Origin: Akkermansia muciniphila
GTDB taxonomy: Bacteria; Verrucomicrobiota; Verrucomicrobiia; Limisphaerales; UBA9464
Direction of reading: 5' to 3'
Assembly: GCA_945883815.1 (NCBI GenBank)
Contig: CAMCYJ010000009.1
Location: 6,821 to 70,820, forward strand
DNA length: 64,000 bases
Shown here: positions 47,497 to 56,238 of the stretch, in pieces
Layout of the letters: every line of letters begins with the position of its first letter
Numbering within the stretch: position 1 is the stretch's first letter
The notes under the pieces: model-generated
Database searches by the model: none
Told to the model about the DNA's origin: nothing
What the model saw: only the letters and a program-made list of their open reading frames with translations
Translations under genes and position numbers: made by a program

Positions 47497-48867
47497 ATGA
47501 GATCCCTCGTCCTCGTTTCGCTGTTGCTGGCCATCGGGCTTCCGATCACGGCTGCCATCACCAATGCGGTGCCTTTGCCGTCTGGACCGCTGACCCTCGA
47601 TCAGGCCCTCGAATTCGCTCTGACGCACAACGTGACGCTGAGAAAAGGACGGCAGGATCTGGAGGAGGCCCAGGGGCTTGCCATCCAGCAACGCGCGGCT
47701 CGTTTGCCCCGTCTGGCCGCCACGGGCGCCTACCAGCAACTGGATGAGGCGCGGATCGAGCGGGTTCAGTTCTCCGCGGCCCAACCCGCAACCCCCTTCC
47801 TGAACAACCAGAGCTGGAATGCCAATCTGGTGGTGACACAGCCCATTTATGCGGGTGGCAAATACAACTCGATGGCCCGCTCCTCGCGGCTCACCCGCGA
47901 GGCGGCACTGGCCTCCTACCAGGCGCTGGTGGCCAATACCTTGCTGGAGGTGCGGACCGCCTACAGCGACGTGCTCCTGGCGGTGGAGCAAATCGTTGTC
48001 CAAGAGGCATCCAAGAAACTCTTGGAGCGGGAATTGGAGACGGCCCGCCGCAGTCTCGAGGCCGGGACTGTTCCCAGGTTCAATGTGCTGAGGGCCGAAG
48101 TTGAACTGGCCAACGCGCTCCCGCCGTTGATCCGCGCTCGTAACCAGGAGCGGATTTCCCGCAACACCCTCGCGCTCCTCCTCGGATGCGATATCCCGGC
48201 CGATACCGGGGTGGACATTCCGCTGCGGACGGCCGACAGCCTCAAGGCCGAGCCCTTCGAAGTTTCGGTGGGGGCGGCCCTCAATGCAGCCTGGCTCCGC
48301 CGACCCGAAATCAAGGCGGCGCAAAGCACCTCCCAATTGCGTCATGAAGAAGTTCTCCAGACGCGTGCCGATTTGCTTCCCTCGCTCTCAGGAACCGCGG
48401 GCTATGGGGTGCAGAATCGCAACTTCATCCGGGATCTCGACCAGACGCTGGACGGTTGGACCGTGGGTGTGCAGGCCAATTGGCTGCTCTTCGATTTTGG
48501 TCAGACCCAGGCCAAGGTCAACATGGCCAGAGCCCGCGAAGAGCGAGCTCGGCTCGAAGTCGAGGATGTCCGTCGGCGCATCGAATTGGAGGTCCGCACG
48601 GCATTTTCTCTGTTCATGGAATCCAAAGAAGTCCTGGTGTCTCAGACCCGGGTCATTGAGCAGGCCGAGGAGGCCGTTCGATTGGTCACGGCTCGGGCCG
48701 ATGCGGGCAGCAGTACGCAGTTGGAAGTGCTGTCGGCACAGACCGCCCTCAAGCTATCCCGCACCCAGTACAGTCAGGCGCTGCGCGACTACACCGTTGC
48801 CCGGGCAAAATTGGAGCGGGCCATGGGTGAGGGTGTGCGCCTGGTGATCGAAACGGGCGGTCGTTAG
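47497..48867 (+). CDS. TolC-family outer-membrane efflux channel
   Basis: 456 aa with a signal peptide and a duplicated OEP repeat (LTLDQALEFALTHN...; AAWLRRPEIKAAQ...). Confidence 0.9.
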   Translation: MRSLVLVSLLLAIGLPITAAITNAVPLPSGPLTLDQALEFALTHNVTLRKGRQDLEEAQGLAIQQRAARLPRLAATGAYQQLDEARIERVQFSAAQPATPFLNNQSWNANLVVTQPIYAGGKYNSMARSSRLTREAALASYQALVANTLLEVRTAYSDVLLAVEQIVVQEASKKLLERELETARRSLEAGTVPRFNVLRAEVELANALPPLIRARNQERISRNTLALLLGCDIPADTGVDIPLRTADSLKAEPFEVSVGAALNAAWLRRPEIKAAQSTSQLRHEEVLQTRADLLPSLSGTAGYGVQNRNFIRDLDQTLDGWTVGVQANWLLFDFGQTQAKVNMARAREERARLEVEDVRRRIELEVRTAFSLFMESKEVLVSQTRVIEQAEEAVRLVTARADAGSSTQLEVLSAQTALKLSRTQYSQALRDYTVARAKLERAMGEGVRLVIETGGR

Positions 48868-48943
48868 GTCCTCTGCGGAGCAGCAGTCTTCGGTGATCAG
48901 AAGGATTCTCCGTCAGCGTGCCGGAACCCTCTCCGGGTCAGGT

Positions 48944-50218
48944 TCACCGTCCAACCCAGGATTCGAGCAGTGCACCGAGTCCCCGATCGGAATTGCGGGG
49001 GCTGACCAGCGCCAGCGACAATCGGGATGGATTCAGGAAATCTCGTGCTACCCTGCGGATGTCAGCCGGCTGGACGGCCGCGATCCGTGCTCGGCTTTCC
49101 TCAGGTTGAATGACCCTGCCGAATCCCAGTACTTGTTCGCCCAGCCACATCATCATCTGCTCGGATCCTTCGAGCGAAAGGTCTGCCTGACCCAGAGCGT
49201 AATCCCGCGCCCGCGACAGTTCTCCTCGGCCGGGCGCCCGGTCCGCCAGGCGCTGAACTTCTTTGAGGATGAGTTTCAGTGCCTTCTCCAACTGAGCGTC
49301 CTCCAGACCTGCTGAAATCACCAAGTCACCGCAGTCGCTCCAGGAGGTTCCGGTGCTCTGGATGTTGTAGGCCAGGCCGTGCTCTTCGCGAATCGTCTGG
49401 AACAGGCGCGAACTCATGTTCTCACCGAGCAGGACATTGAGCAGCCGCAGCGCGAAGCGGCGTTCGTCCTGCCGGGAGGCGGTTCGAAATCCGAGGGCGA
49501 TGTGGGTTTGCTCGGTTTTTTTGGAGTGCAGCAGCCAGCGCGGCTTCTCAGGGGTGGCCGGTGCTGGCTCCGCTGTCGGGTGAACTCCCTGGCGGAATCG
49601 TCGGACCCATCGTTCCACCCCGGTGAGCAGGTTTGCGTGGGTCAGGTTGCCTGCGGCGGCGATGACGATCGATCCGCTGATATATCGGCGTTCGAAGAAC
49701 CCCAACAGGTCTTCCCGGCGGAGTCCGCGAACCGAGCGTGCCGAACCGATGACCGGGCGTCCCAGTGGGTGCCCGGGAAACTGGACTTGGTTGAGGAGGT
49801 CATGGACGAGTTCGGCCGGTTGATCGCGGTACATGGCCTGCTCTTCCAGAATCACATCGCGCTCCTTGGAAATCTCAGTGGAGGCAAACTTGGACTCGAG
49901 GAACATGTCGCAGAGCACGTCGAGCAGTTCCGGCAAACGGGAGGCCACTGCACGGCTGTAGAAGCAGGTGTGCTCCTCGTCGGTGAAGGCATTGAGGTAG
50001 CCGCCGATCCCCTCGACATCTTGCGAAATCCGCGCGGCTGACCGCCGGCGCGTTCCCTTGAAGAGCATATGCTCAATGAAGTGAGCCGCCCCGTTCTCAC
50101 GGGCCGTCTCGTGTCGCCCACCGGTATTGACCCAAATGCCCACCGATACGCTGGCCAGGTGCGGCATGGTGGCTGTCACTACGCGCAGACCGCCGGGGAG
50201 TTCTGAAAGTCCATACAT
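48944..50218 (-). CDS. M16-family (insulinase/pitrilysin-like) zinc peptidase
   Basis: 424 aa from the ATG at 50218. Has the inverted zinc motif HFIEH. Confidence 0.9.
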   Translation of the reverse strand: MYGLSELPGGLRVVTATMPHLASVSVGIWVNTGGRHETARENGAAHFIEHMLFKGTRRRSAARISQDVEGIGGYLNAFTDEEHTCFYSRAVASRLPELLDVLCDMFLESKFASTEISKERDVILEEQAMYRDQPAELVHDLLNQVQFPGHPLGRPVIGSARSVRGLRREDLLGFFERRYISGSIVIAAAGNLTHANLLTGVERWVRRFRQGVHPTAEPAPATPEKPRWLLHSKKTEQTHIALGFRTASRQDERRFALRLLNVLLGENMSSRLFQTIREEHGLAYNIQSTGTSWSDCGDLVISAGLEDAQLEKALKLILKEVQRLADRAPGRGELSRARDYALGQADLSLEGSEQMMMWLGEQVLGFGRVIQPEESRARIAAVQPADIRRVARDFLNPSRLSLALVSPRNSDRGLGALLESWVGR

Positions 50219-50329
50219 CAGTTGGCAGAAAGCTGAGTCGATGGGGCGGCAATCGCAACCGGGAAGCACCTGTCTCTCTGTGCACTCTTCGGGGCTTCCC
50301 GATTTTAGAGCTGGGCCCCTCCGACGTGT

Positions 50330-51298
50330 TCAAGGCGCCAGATGGAGCCAGGCCATGCCCACCTGGATCCACAGCGGAATGGTGATCAAACTGAGGATGG
50401 TGGTGCCGGCCACGATGCGCACGGCGGTGGCGGGATCCCCCCCATAGAGTCGGGAAAGCACAATGGGAAAGACCCCGGCGGGCATTGCTGCCTGGACGAC
50501 AATCACCCGTTTGACTTCCACCGAGCAGGGAAGAACCCGCACGATTCCGAGCATCAGAGCAGGGATGACGCCCAAACGGAAAACGGCCGACCAGATCAAG
50601 GCTCCGGCGGCCCGCGCGGGATGCAGTTGGCGGATCTGGTCGGCCACCATCGCTCCGGTCAGCATGATGCCCAACGGAAAGGCACAGGCACCCAGCATGG
50701 AGGCAGTGATGCCCACAGGGCGGGGCATCCAGCGGGCTGCCCCGCAGGCGTTGAGAAGGAGGGAGAGGACGATGGCCACGAGGGGTGCGTTGATGAGCTT
50801 GCGCCATTCACCGGGACCGGTGGCGTGACCCAGGGTCATCAAGCCCAAGGTCCACATGGCGATATCCACACCCAGATTGTGCACGAACAGAACACCCGGT
50901 GTGTCCGGATGGTTCGCGAACAGCACGAGGACCAAGGGGAAGGGGACATACCCGTAGTTTTGAAGTCCGGCGACCAGGGCGAAGGTCCGCTGTTCAGCAT
51001 CGGTCTTGAGCCCCACCCGTCGGCGGAAGAGCCAGCAGATGCCGATCCCCAAGACAATTCCCCCGAAGCCCATCAGTGGGGGGATGAACAGGTTTTCGGC
51101 GCGCTGGAGAGCCTGGTTGCCGAGCACCTTGTCGAAGATCAGGCAGGGGGTCAGGACGTTGACCACCAATCGCAGCAAGGTCGCATCGGCTTCCTCGGTC
51201 AGCCAGCGCACGCGACGGAGCCCGATCCCTACCAATGCCAAGAAAAAAACCGGCAGCACCGCCGACAGAACATCACTCAGGGACATCATGTGATTCAA
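50330..51298 (-). CDS. AEC (auxin efflux carrier) family transporter
   Basis: 322 aa with about 10 TM helices and an N-terminus LPVFFLALVGIGLRRVRWL. Confidence 0.88.
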   Translation of the reverse strand: MNHMMSLSDVLSAVLPVFFLALVGIGLRRVRWLTEEADATLLRLVVNVLTPCLIFDKVLGNQALQRAENLFIPPLMGFGGIVLGIGICWLFRRRVGLKTDAEQRTFALVAGLQNYGYVPFPLVLVLFANHPDTPGVLFVHNLGVDIAMWTLGLMTLGHATGPGEWRKLINAPLVAIVLSLLLNACGAARWMPRPVGITASMLGACAFPLGIMLTGAMVADQIRQLHPARAAGALIWSAVFRLGVIPALMLGIVRVLPCSVEVKRVIVVQAAMPAGVFPIVLSRLYGGDPATAVRIVAGTTILSLITIPLWIQVGMAWLHLAP

Positions 51299-51307
51299 AG
51301 CCGGAGG

Positions 51308-51871
51308 TCAGGCAAGCAGGTGCTCGACCAATGCCGCAAATTCCAAATGTTGGACCTGACGCAGATAGGCGATGGCTTGGGGATCTGGGCATTCGGCCAT
51401 CCGTTCACATTCTTGAACCAGTGCCAGCGGGTCCAGGTTTCCAGAAAGGGTCAGCCGCTCCAGCACAGCCCGTGCTTGGGGAGTTTGCGCCGCCCGGATC
51501 ACCGCAGGGGTCGCCATTCCGTAGATCGGGTGCCCGGATACCCTGCGGAACCAATAGGCTGCATTCCAGTAATCTGGTTCGCGGCGATGCAACAGGGCGT
51601 GGATCAAGCAAGCGTCCCGATCACCGCGATCCTGGACCAGATTGTGGGCCGGGTCATGGTGGTCGTGGTAGAGGAGGGCAGTGGCGGTGAGAAGTTCCGA
51701 CGTTGGAATCGTCAGATTGAACTCTCGGTTGAGCTCGAGAAGACGGATTTCCAGCGTGACTGCCGAGAGCACTCCGCTTCTGGGGCCAGCCCCCAGATCC
51801 GGAAATTGGGCGGCAGCCAAGCGCTCCCAGAACCGGGCGGCTCGGGAAAGTTTATCGGTCGAACTGGACAT
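51308..51871 (-). CDS. Hypothetical helical protein with His-rich core
   Basis: 187 aa with no recognised family. The core is LYHDHHDPAHNLVQD...CLIHALLHRREPDYWNAAYWFRRV. It ends 9 nt upstream of the AEC transporter start. Confidence 0.6.
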   Translation of the reverse strand: MSSSTDKLSRAARFWERLAAAQFPDLGAGPRSGVLSAVTLEIRLLELNREFNLTIPTSELLTATALLYHDHHDPAHNLVQDRGDRDACLIHALLHRREPDYWNAAYWFRRVSGHPIYGMATPAVIRAAQTPQARAVLERLTLSGNLDPLALVQECERMAECPDPQAIAYLRQVQHLEFAALVEHLLA

Positions 51872-51908
51872 CAGGCGGTTTCTCAGTTTCAGGTCCCGCT
51901 CTCAGGCC

Positions 51909-51933
51909 GTCAAATCGGGAAGCGGTCAAATCG
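51909..51933. repeat. Direct repeat GTCAAATCG x2 (period 16) in a divergent promoter region
   Basis: The copies at 51909-51917 and 51925-51933 are identical. Confidence 0.8.
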
Positions 51934-51996
51934 AGGTGTCGCTGTTGGTCAATTGCCTTGAAAGGCCGGTCGTCGCCGCGTTACTTAGCGGGTCAG

Positions 51997-52887
51997 ATGT
52001 CCCTCTTCGACCTCGCTTCCTGGATCGCCACACAAAGTCGTGAGGTGGATCGAGCTTTGGACCGGTTCCTTCCCAAGGCCACCGCCAAGCCCGCCACGAT
52101 CCACAAGGCCATGCGCTATTCCCTCTTCGCCGGAGGCAAGCGGATGCGACCTGCCTTGGTGCTGGCAGCCGCCGAGGCCTGTGGAGGTACCCACGCCTCG
52201 GCCATGCCTCTGGCGTGCGCGGTCGAGTGCATCCACACCTATTCCCTGATCCATGACGATTTGCCTGGCATGGACAATGACGACCTGCGGCGCGGGAAAC
52301 CGACCAACCACAAGGTCTTCGGCGAGGGTATAGCGATCCTCGCTGGTGACGCCCTGTTGACCCAGGCCTTTGAAATCGCTGCCTCCTGCACCGGGTGGAA
52401 GCGTTACAGCGTGAAGGATGTGGTCTTGGAGATCGCCAAAGCTTCCGGTTCCTTGCAGCTCATCGCGGGGCAGGTGGCCGACTTGGAGGGCGAGGGCAAG
52501 AAAATCTCTCGGGCTCAGCTTCGATACATCCATGAGCGCAAAACCAGTGCGCTGCTGGCCTGCTCCGTGCGGTTAGGAGGCATGAGTGCCAACTGCACGC
52601 CGGCTCAACTCGATGCGTTGACGGACTTTGGTTATCATGTCGGATTGGCTTTCCAGGTGATCGACGACATTCTGGATGTCACCCAGACTTCCGAGCAGTT
52701 GGGAAAGACTGCTGGCAAAGATGTGAAGGCACAGAAGGCGACCTACCCGTCGATCGTTGGGCTTGAAAAATCCCGAGTCATCGCTGCGGAACTGACCGCC
52801 AAGGCCGAGGCGGCTCTCCAACCGTTCCGGGGCAAAGCGGTCGCCTTGGAAGCCATTTCCGACTACCTGCTCCAGCGCAAATCTTGA
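51997..52887 (+). CDS. Short-chain polyprenyl (farnesyl/geranylgeranyl) diphosphate synthase
   Basis: 296 aa from the ATG at 51997. Shows IHDDLPGMDNDDLRRGKPT and FQVIDDILD. Confidence 0.92.
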   Translation: MSLFDLASWIATQSREVDRALDRFLPKATAKPATIHKAMRYSLFAGGKRMRPALVLAAAEACGGTHASAMPLACAVECIHTYSLIHDDLPGMDNDDLRRGKPTNHKVFGEGIAILAGDALLTQAFEIAASCTGWKRYSVKDVVLEIAKASGSLQLIAGQVADLEGEGKKISRAQLRYIHERKTSALLACSVRLGGMSANCTPAQLDALTDFGYHVGLAFQVIDDILDVTQTSEQLGKTAGKDVKAQKATYPSIVGLEKSRVIAAELTAKAEAALQPFRGKAVALEAISDYLLQRKS

Positions 52888-53005
52888 GGAGATCGGGAGG
52901 GTGCCTGCGGAAAATGCACTTGCGATGAGGAGTCGGACTCCGTGAGCCTCTCCCAGCCGAACAAGCTGTCGATAGCGGCTGATTTCGGACCTGTCTGACA
53001 ATTCT

Positions 53006-53938
53006 GTGAAAGTCTTCACCGGTAACTCCAATCCCAGTCTGGCCAAGGCGATTTGCGATTCCATCGGGATCCCCTTGGGTTGCTCCACGGTGAAGCCGTT
53101 TCCCAACGGCGAGACCTTCGTCAAGATCGATGAGAACGTCCGTGGCACGGATGTCTTCGTCATCCAGTCCACCAGCCAGCCGGCCAACCAGCATCTGATG
53201 GAAATGTTCATCATGATCGATGCGTTGCGGCGGGCGAGCGCTTCACGAATCACCGCAGTGTTGCCGTTCTATGGCTATGCCCGCCAAGATCGGAAGGATC
53301 AGCCGCGCGTTCCGATCACCGCCAAGTTGGTCGCCAATTTGTTGGTGGCGGCCGGGGCCAACCGGGTGCTCACGATGGATTTGCACGCCCAGCAAATCCA
53401 AGGGTTTTTCGACATCCCGGTCGACCACCTCTACGCTGCCCCGGTTCTGCTTGAGTACATCTCCCGCCAACAGACCCCCAACCTCGTGGTGGTCAGCCCG
53501 GATCTGGGAGGCTTGAAGATGGCGGCTGCCTATTCTCAGACTCTAGGAGCCGAGTTGGCCATCGTGGCCAAGCGACGCAAAAGTCCCACCGAAACCGAGG
53601 CCATCTCGGTGATCGGAGATATTGACGGCAAGAATGTCCTTCTGGTGGATGATCTGACCGAGACCGCGGGTACTTTGGTCAATGCCGCCCATTTGCTCAA
53701 GCAGAGGGGTGCTCGCCGAATTCAGGCCTGTGTCTCCCATGCCTTGATCAATGACTTGGGAATTGATCGCCTTCGCAAATCGGAGATTGACGAACTCATC
53801 ACCACCGATAGTGTAACCCGCCCGTCTATTGAAGGGGTCAAAATCACGACCCTTTCAGTGGCCGGTTTGCTGGGAGAAGCGATCAAGCGAATTTACACGA
53901 ATTCCTCGGTCACTTCCCTATTTGAGTTTAAGGGCTGA
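53006..53938 (+). CDS. prs: Ribose-phosphate pyrophosphokinase
   Basis: 310 aa from a GTG start. Shows YGYARQDRK, DLHAQQIQGFF and VLLVDDLTETAGT. Confidence 0.96.
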   Translation: MKVFTGNSNPSLAKAICDSIGIPLGCSTVKPFPNGETFVKIDENVRGTDVFVIQSTSQPANQHLMEMFIMIDALRRASASRITAVLPFYGYARQDRKDQPRVPITAKLVANLLVAAGANRVLTMDLHAQQIQGFFDIPVDHLYAAPVLLEYISRQQTPNLVVVSPDLGGLKMAAAYSQTLGAELAIVAKRRKSPTETEAISVIGDIDGKNVLLVDDLTETAGTLVNAAHLLKQRGARRIQACVSHALINDLGIDRLRKSEIDELITTDSVTRPSIEGVKITTLSVAGLLGEAIKRIYTNSSVTSLFEFKG

Positions 53939-53978
53939 AGCCGTTTGCAAGTGCGGCTCGGCAGATACGACTAAAATC

Positions 53979-54653
53979 ATGAAATCATTGAAGTTGAAAG
54001 CGGCCCCTCGCACCCAGGTGCGGCGCAAGGGATCCAAAGCGCTCCGCTCCACCGGACGTATTCCTGCCAACATTTACGGCAAGTCCATCGCCCCTCAGAA
54101 TCTTGAGATCGATTCCGAGGCGTTCATTGATCTGATCAATTCCGCCCACTCGGAGATCGTTCTGGTGGACCTCGAGGTTTCTGGTGATTCCAACGCTCGT
54201 TTGGCCTTGGTTCAGGATGTTCAGCACCACCCGCTCAGCGGTGAAGTGCTCCACGTAGACTTCCATGAGGTGAAGAGTGATGAGATGATCACTATTCGCA
54301 TCCCGGTGGAGGCCACTGGTGAGGCTGAGGGTGTGAAGAGCGGCGGCGGAACCTTGGAGCACGTCCTCCAGAAACTCCGCGTGACGGCCCTTCCCAAGGA
54401 TCTGCCTGAGCAGATTTTGGTGGATGTTTCCGCCTTGGCGGTGGGTCAAGCGATCCAGATCGGCCAGATCCAAGCGCCGGCTGGCGTGACGATCCTCGGT
54501 GACAAGCACCTCCGCGTCTTCTCTGTTGCGGCGCCTGCTACCGAGGTTGAAGCGGCTCCTGCCGCAGCAGCCGGTGCGGAGGCCAAGCAGCCCGAGATGA
54601 TCAAGGAGAAGAAGGAAGAGGCTGCTCCGGCCGCTGCGGCCAAGAAGAAGTGA
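53979..54653 (+). CDS. rplY: 50S ribosomal protein L25/Ctc
   Basis: 224 aa from the ATG at 53979. Shows LRSTGRIPANIYGK and an Ala/Lys-rich tail. Confidence 0.93.
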   Translation: MKSLKLKAAPRTQVRRKGSKALRSTGRIPANIYGKSIAPQNLEIDSEAFIDLINSAHSEIVLVDLEVSGDSNARLALVQDVQHHPLSGEVLHVDFHEVKSDEMITIRIPVEATGEAEGVKSGGGTLEHVLQKLRVTALPKDLPEQILVDVSALAVGQAIQIGQIQAPAGVTILGDKHLRVFSVAAPATEVEAAPAAAAGAEAKQPEMIKEKKEEAAPAAAAKKK

Positions 54654-54685
54654 GTTGACGCGCCGTCCCACCGAGGGCCGTTCCC

Positions 54686-55267
54686 ATGACCCCGCCTGTT
54701 TTGATCGTGGGGCTCGGAAACCCCGGCGAGGAGTATCGAGGCACCCGACACAATGCAGGTGCCATGGTGGTGGATCGCTTCGCCGCCAGCCGGTGTTCCG
54801 GTTGGCGGAAGGAGCGAAAGTTCTTTTCAGAATTAGCGACGGGTGACTGCGGCGGCCGAAAGGTGGTCTGCGTGAAACCCCTAACCTACATGAATCTGAG
54901 TGGTGAGGCGGTAGCGGCGGTCAGCCGTTTCTACCGGATCACGTCCGATCAGATCTTGGTGGTGGCCGACGATGCGGATCTCCCGTTGGGAGCGATCCGT
55001 ATGCGGCCATCCGGTGGGGCAGGGGGGCACAACGGACTGGCTTCGGTCATCCAGCATTTGGGGACCCAAGAATTCCCGAGGCAACGCATTGGTGTGGCCC
55101 GACCGGTTCAGGCAGTTCGAGACATCGCATCGCATGTGTTGGGAGTTTTTTCTCCCGATGAGCAAGTGCGCTTGAACGAGGTTCTGCAATTGGCGGACAG
55201 ACAGATCCAGTGCTGGCTTGAGGAAAGTCTTGGAAAAGCCATGAGTCTCTTCAACCGAGCCCAATAG
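54686..55267 (+). CDS. pth: Peptidyl-tRNA hydrolase
   Basis: 193 aa. Has the motif LIVGLGNPGEEYRGTRHNAG. Confidence 0.96.
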   Translation: MTPPVLIVGLGNPGEEYRGTRHNAGAMVVDRFAASRCSGWRKERKFFSELATGDCGGRKVVCVKPLTYMNLSGEAVAAVSRFYRITSDQILVVADDADLPLGAIRMRPSGGAGGHNGLASVIQHLGTQEFPRQRIGVARPVQAVRDIASHVLGVFSPDEQVRLNEVLQLADRQIQCWLEESLGKAMSLFNRAQ

Positions 55268-55300
55268 TGAATCCAAAATAGTAGGGCCAAAATAGTGGGT
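55260..55300. repeat. Three tandem ~14-nt units CC(C/A)AA(A)TAGT(G/A)RR starting at the pth stop codon
   Basis: CCAAAATAGTAGGG (55273-55286) and CCAAAATAGTGGGT (55287-55300) are adjacent. A degenerate copy, CCCAATAGTGAAT, precedes them. Confidence 0.8.
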
Positions 55301-55498
55301 CCGCTGATGGGATTGAAACTTTTGGATCCGAGGGTTCTGCCGGTTGGGGCTTTTTTGGCCTGCTGTTGAGTGGGCCGAGAGTTGCTTCAGCCAACCTTCC
55401 AGCGTGTGCTTTTGGAACAGTCGAAAAAAAGTCGAAATCCGTGAAAGGATTCGGCTTGGCGGTTCGAAGAGTATGTGTAGAGGTTGATGAGTAAAGGG

Positions 55499-55606
55499 TT
55501 GCAGAATCGGGGGCAGCAGAATCGGTGACAAAGATGTCTTCGGATCTGCCGCCCGTGGCCAGAATCAGCTTGGACTCTCCGATTTTGTGAGCACCGATTT
55601 TGTGAG
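55499..55606 (+). other. Long imperfect hairpin / five-box array: GCAGAATCGG x2 opposite CCGATTTTGTGAG x2
   Basis: 55499-55510 can pair with 55594-55605, and 55516-55525 with 55579-55588. Each helix contains G-T (G.U) pairs that are valid only in a plus-strand transcript. Read as DNA, there are five boxes C[CT]GATT[CT]TG. Confidence 0.5.
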
Positions 55607-55666
55607 TGACGAGCTTGTGACTGAGTGCGCGTGAGCAATAAAGCGCGCCAGTGACGAACCGGTTAT

Positions 55667-55684
55667 TCCAAGCAGTCCAAGCAG
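55667..55684. repeat. Perfect tandem 9-mer TCCAAGCAG x2
   Basis: Copies at 55667-55675 and 55676-55684. Confidence 0.85.
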
Positions 55685-55875
55685 GAAATCAGTGATCAGC
55701 AACAAACGCGAATCCGTCGTGGATGGGTTCCGAGAGGTGGAAACAAACAATTTTTAGTCAGACGGGCAATTGAACGAAAAGTGGCAGCAATAGCCTCTGG
55801 GCAGGTTACCGATGACGGAAGCCTGCAATGGAGGAATCAATTTTAAACCAGCGAATTAGAACCAATTCAAAGACC

Positions 55876-56184
55876 ATGAAACGCTACGAAGGACTGTTTA
55901 TTCTGGATCTCTCCGGCAAGGAAGAAGGCCTCAAAGAAGTTGTCGACAAGTTGTCTTCAGAGATCACCTCGGTGGGTGGCAAGATCGAGACCGTCCAAAA
56001 GCTCGACAAGAAGACCTTCGCGCGGAATGCCCGCAGCGGCGAAAGCGCTGGCCATTTCGTGAACATCATTTTCGAGGCCCAGGGCAAAGCGGTCGCCGAG
56101 TTGCGCTCCCGCTTCAAGCTCGCTTCCGACGTGATCCGTGTTCTGTTCACCGAAGCCCCGGCTCCGGTGGTCGCCAAGGCCTAA
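55876..56184 (+). CDS. rpsF: 30S ribosomal protein S6
   Basis: 102 aa from the ATG at 55876. The N-terminus is MKRYEGLFILD. Confidence 0.93.
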   Translation: MKRYEGLFILDLSGKEEGLKEVVDKLSSEITSVGGKIETVQKLDKKTFARNARSGESAGHFVNIIFEAQGKAVAELRSRFKLASDVIRVLFTEAPAPVVAKA

Positions 56185-56238
56185 ATATACGGCTAATACG
56201 GCCCATTCCACTCGGCTCACCTCAAACCTCAACCGTTT

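Noticed and set aside
50342-51961. 539-aa plus-strand ORF opposite the AEC transporter and the 187-aa gene
   Set aside because: The translation is Gly/His/Asp/Gln-rich low-complexity sequence. The minus-strand genes give a proper polytopic transporter.
55268-55875. Possibility that the gap is oriC, or a tRNA, tmRNA, RNase P, SRP or CRISPR locus
   Set aside because: There is no cluster of DnaA boxes (TTATCCACA/TGTGGATAA). No cloverleaf is present; the GGTTCGAAG at about 55465 has no complementary T-stem or acceptor arm. No tmRNA, RNase P or SRP signature strings were seen. The repeats have only 2-4 units of 9-15 nt with no spacers, so this is not a CRISPR array.
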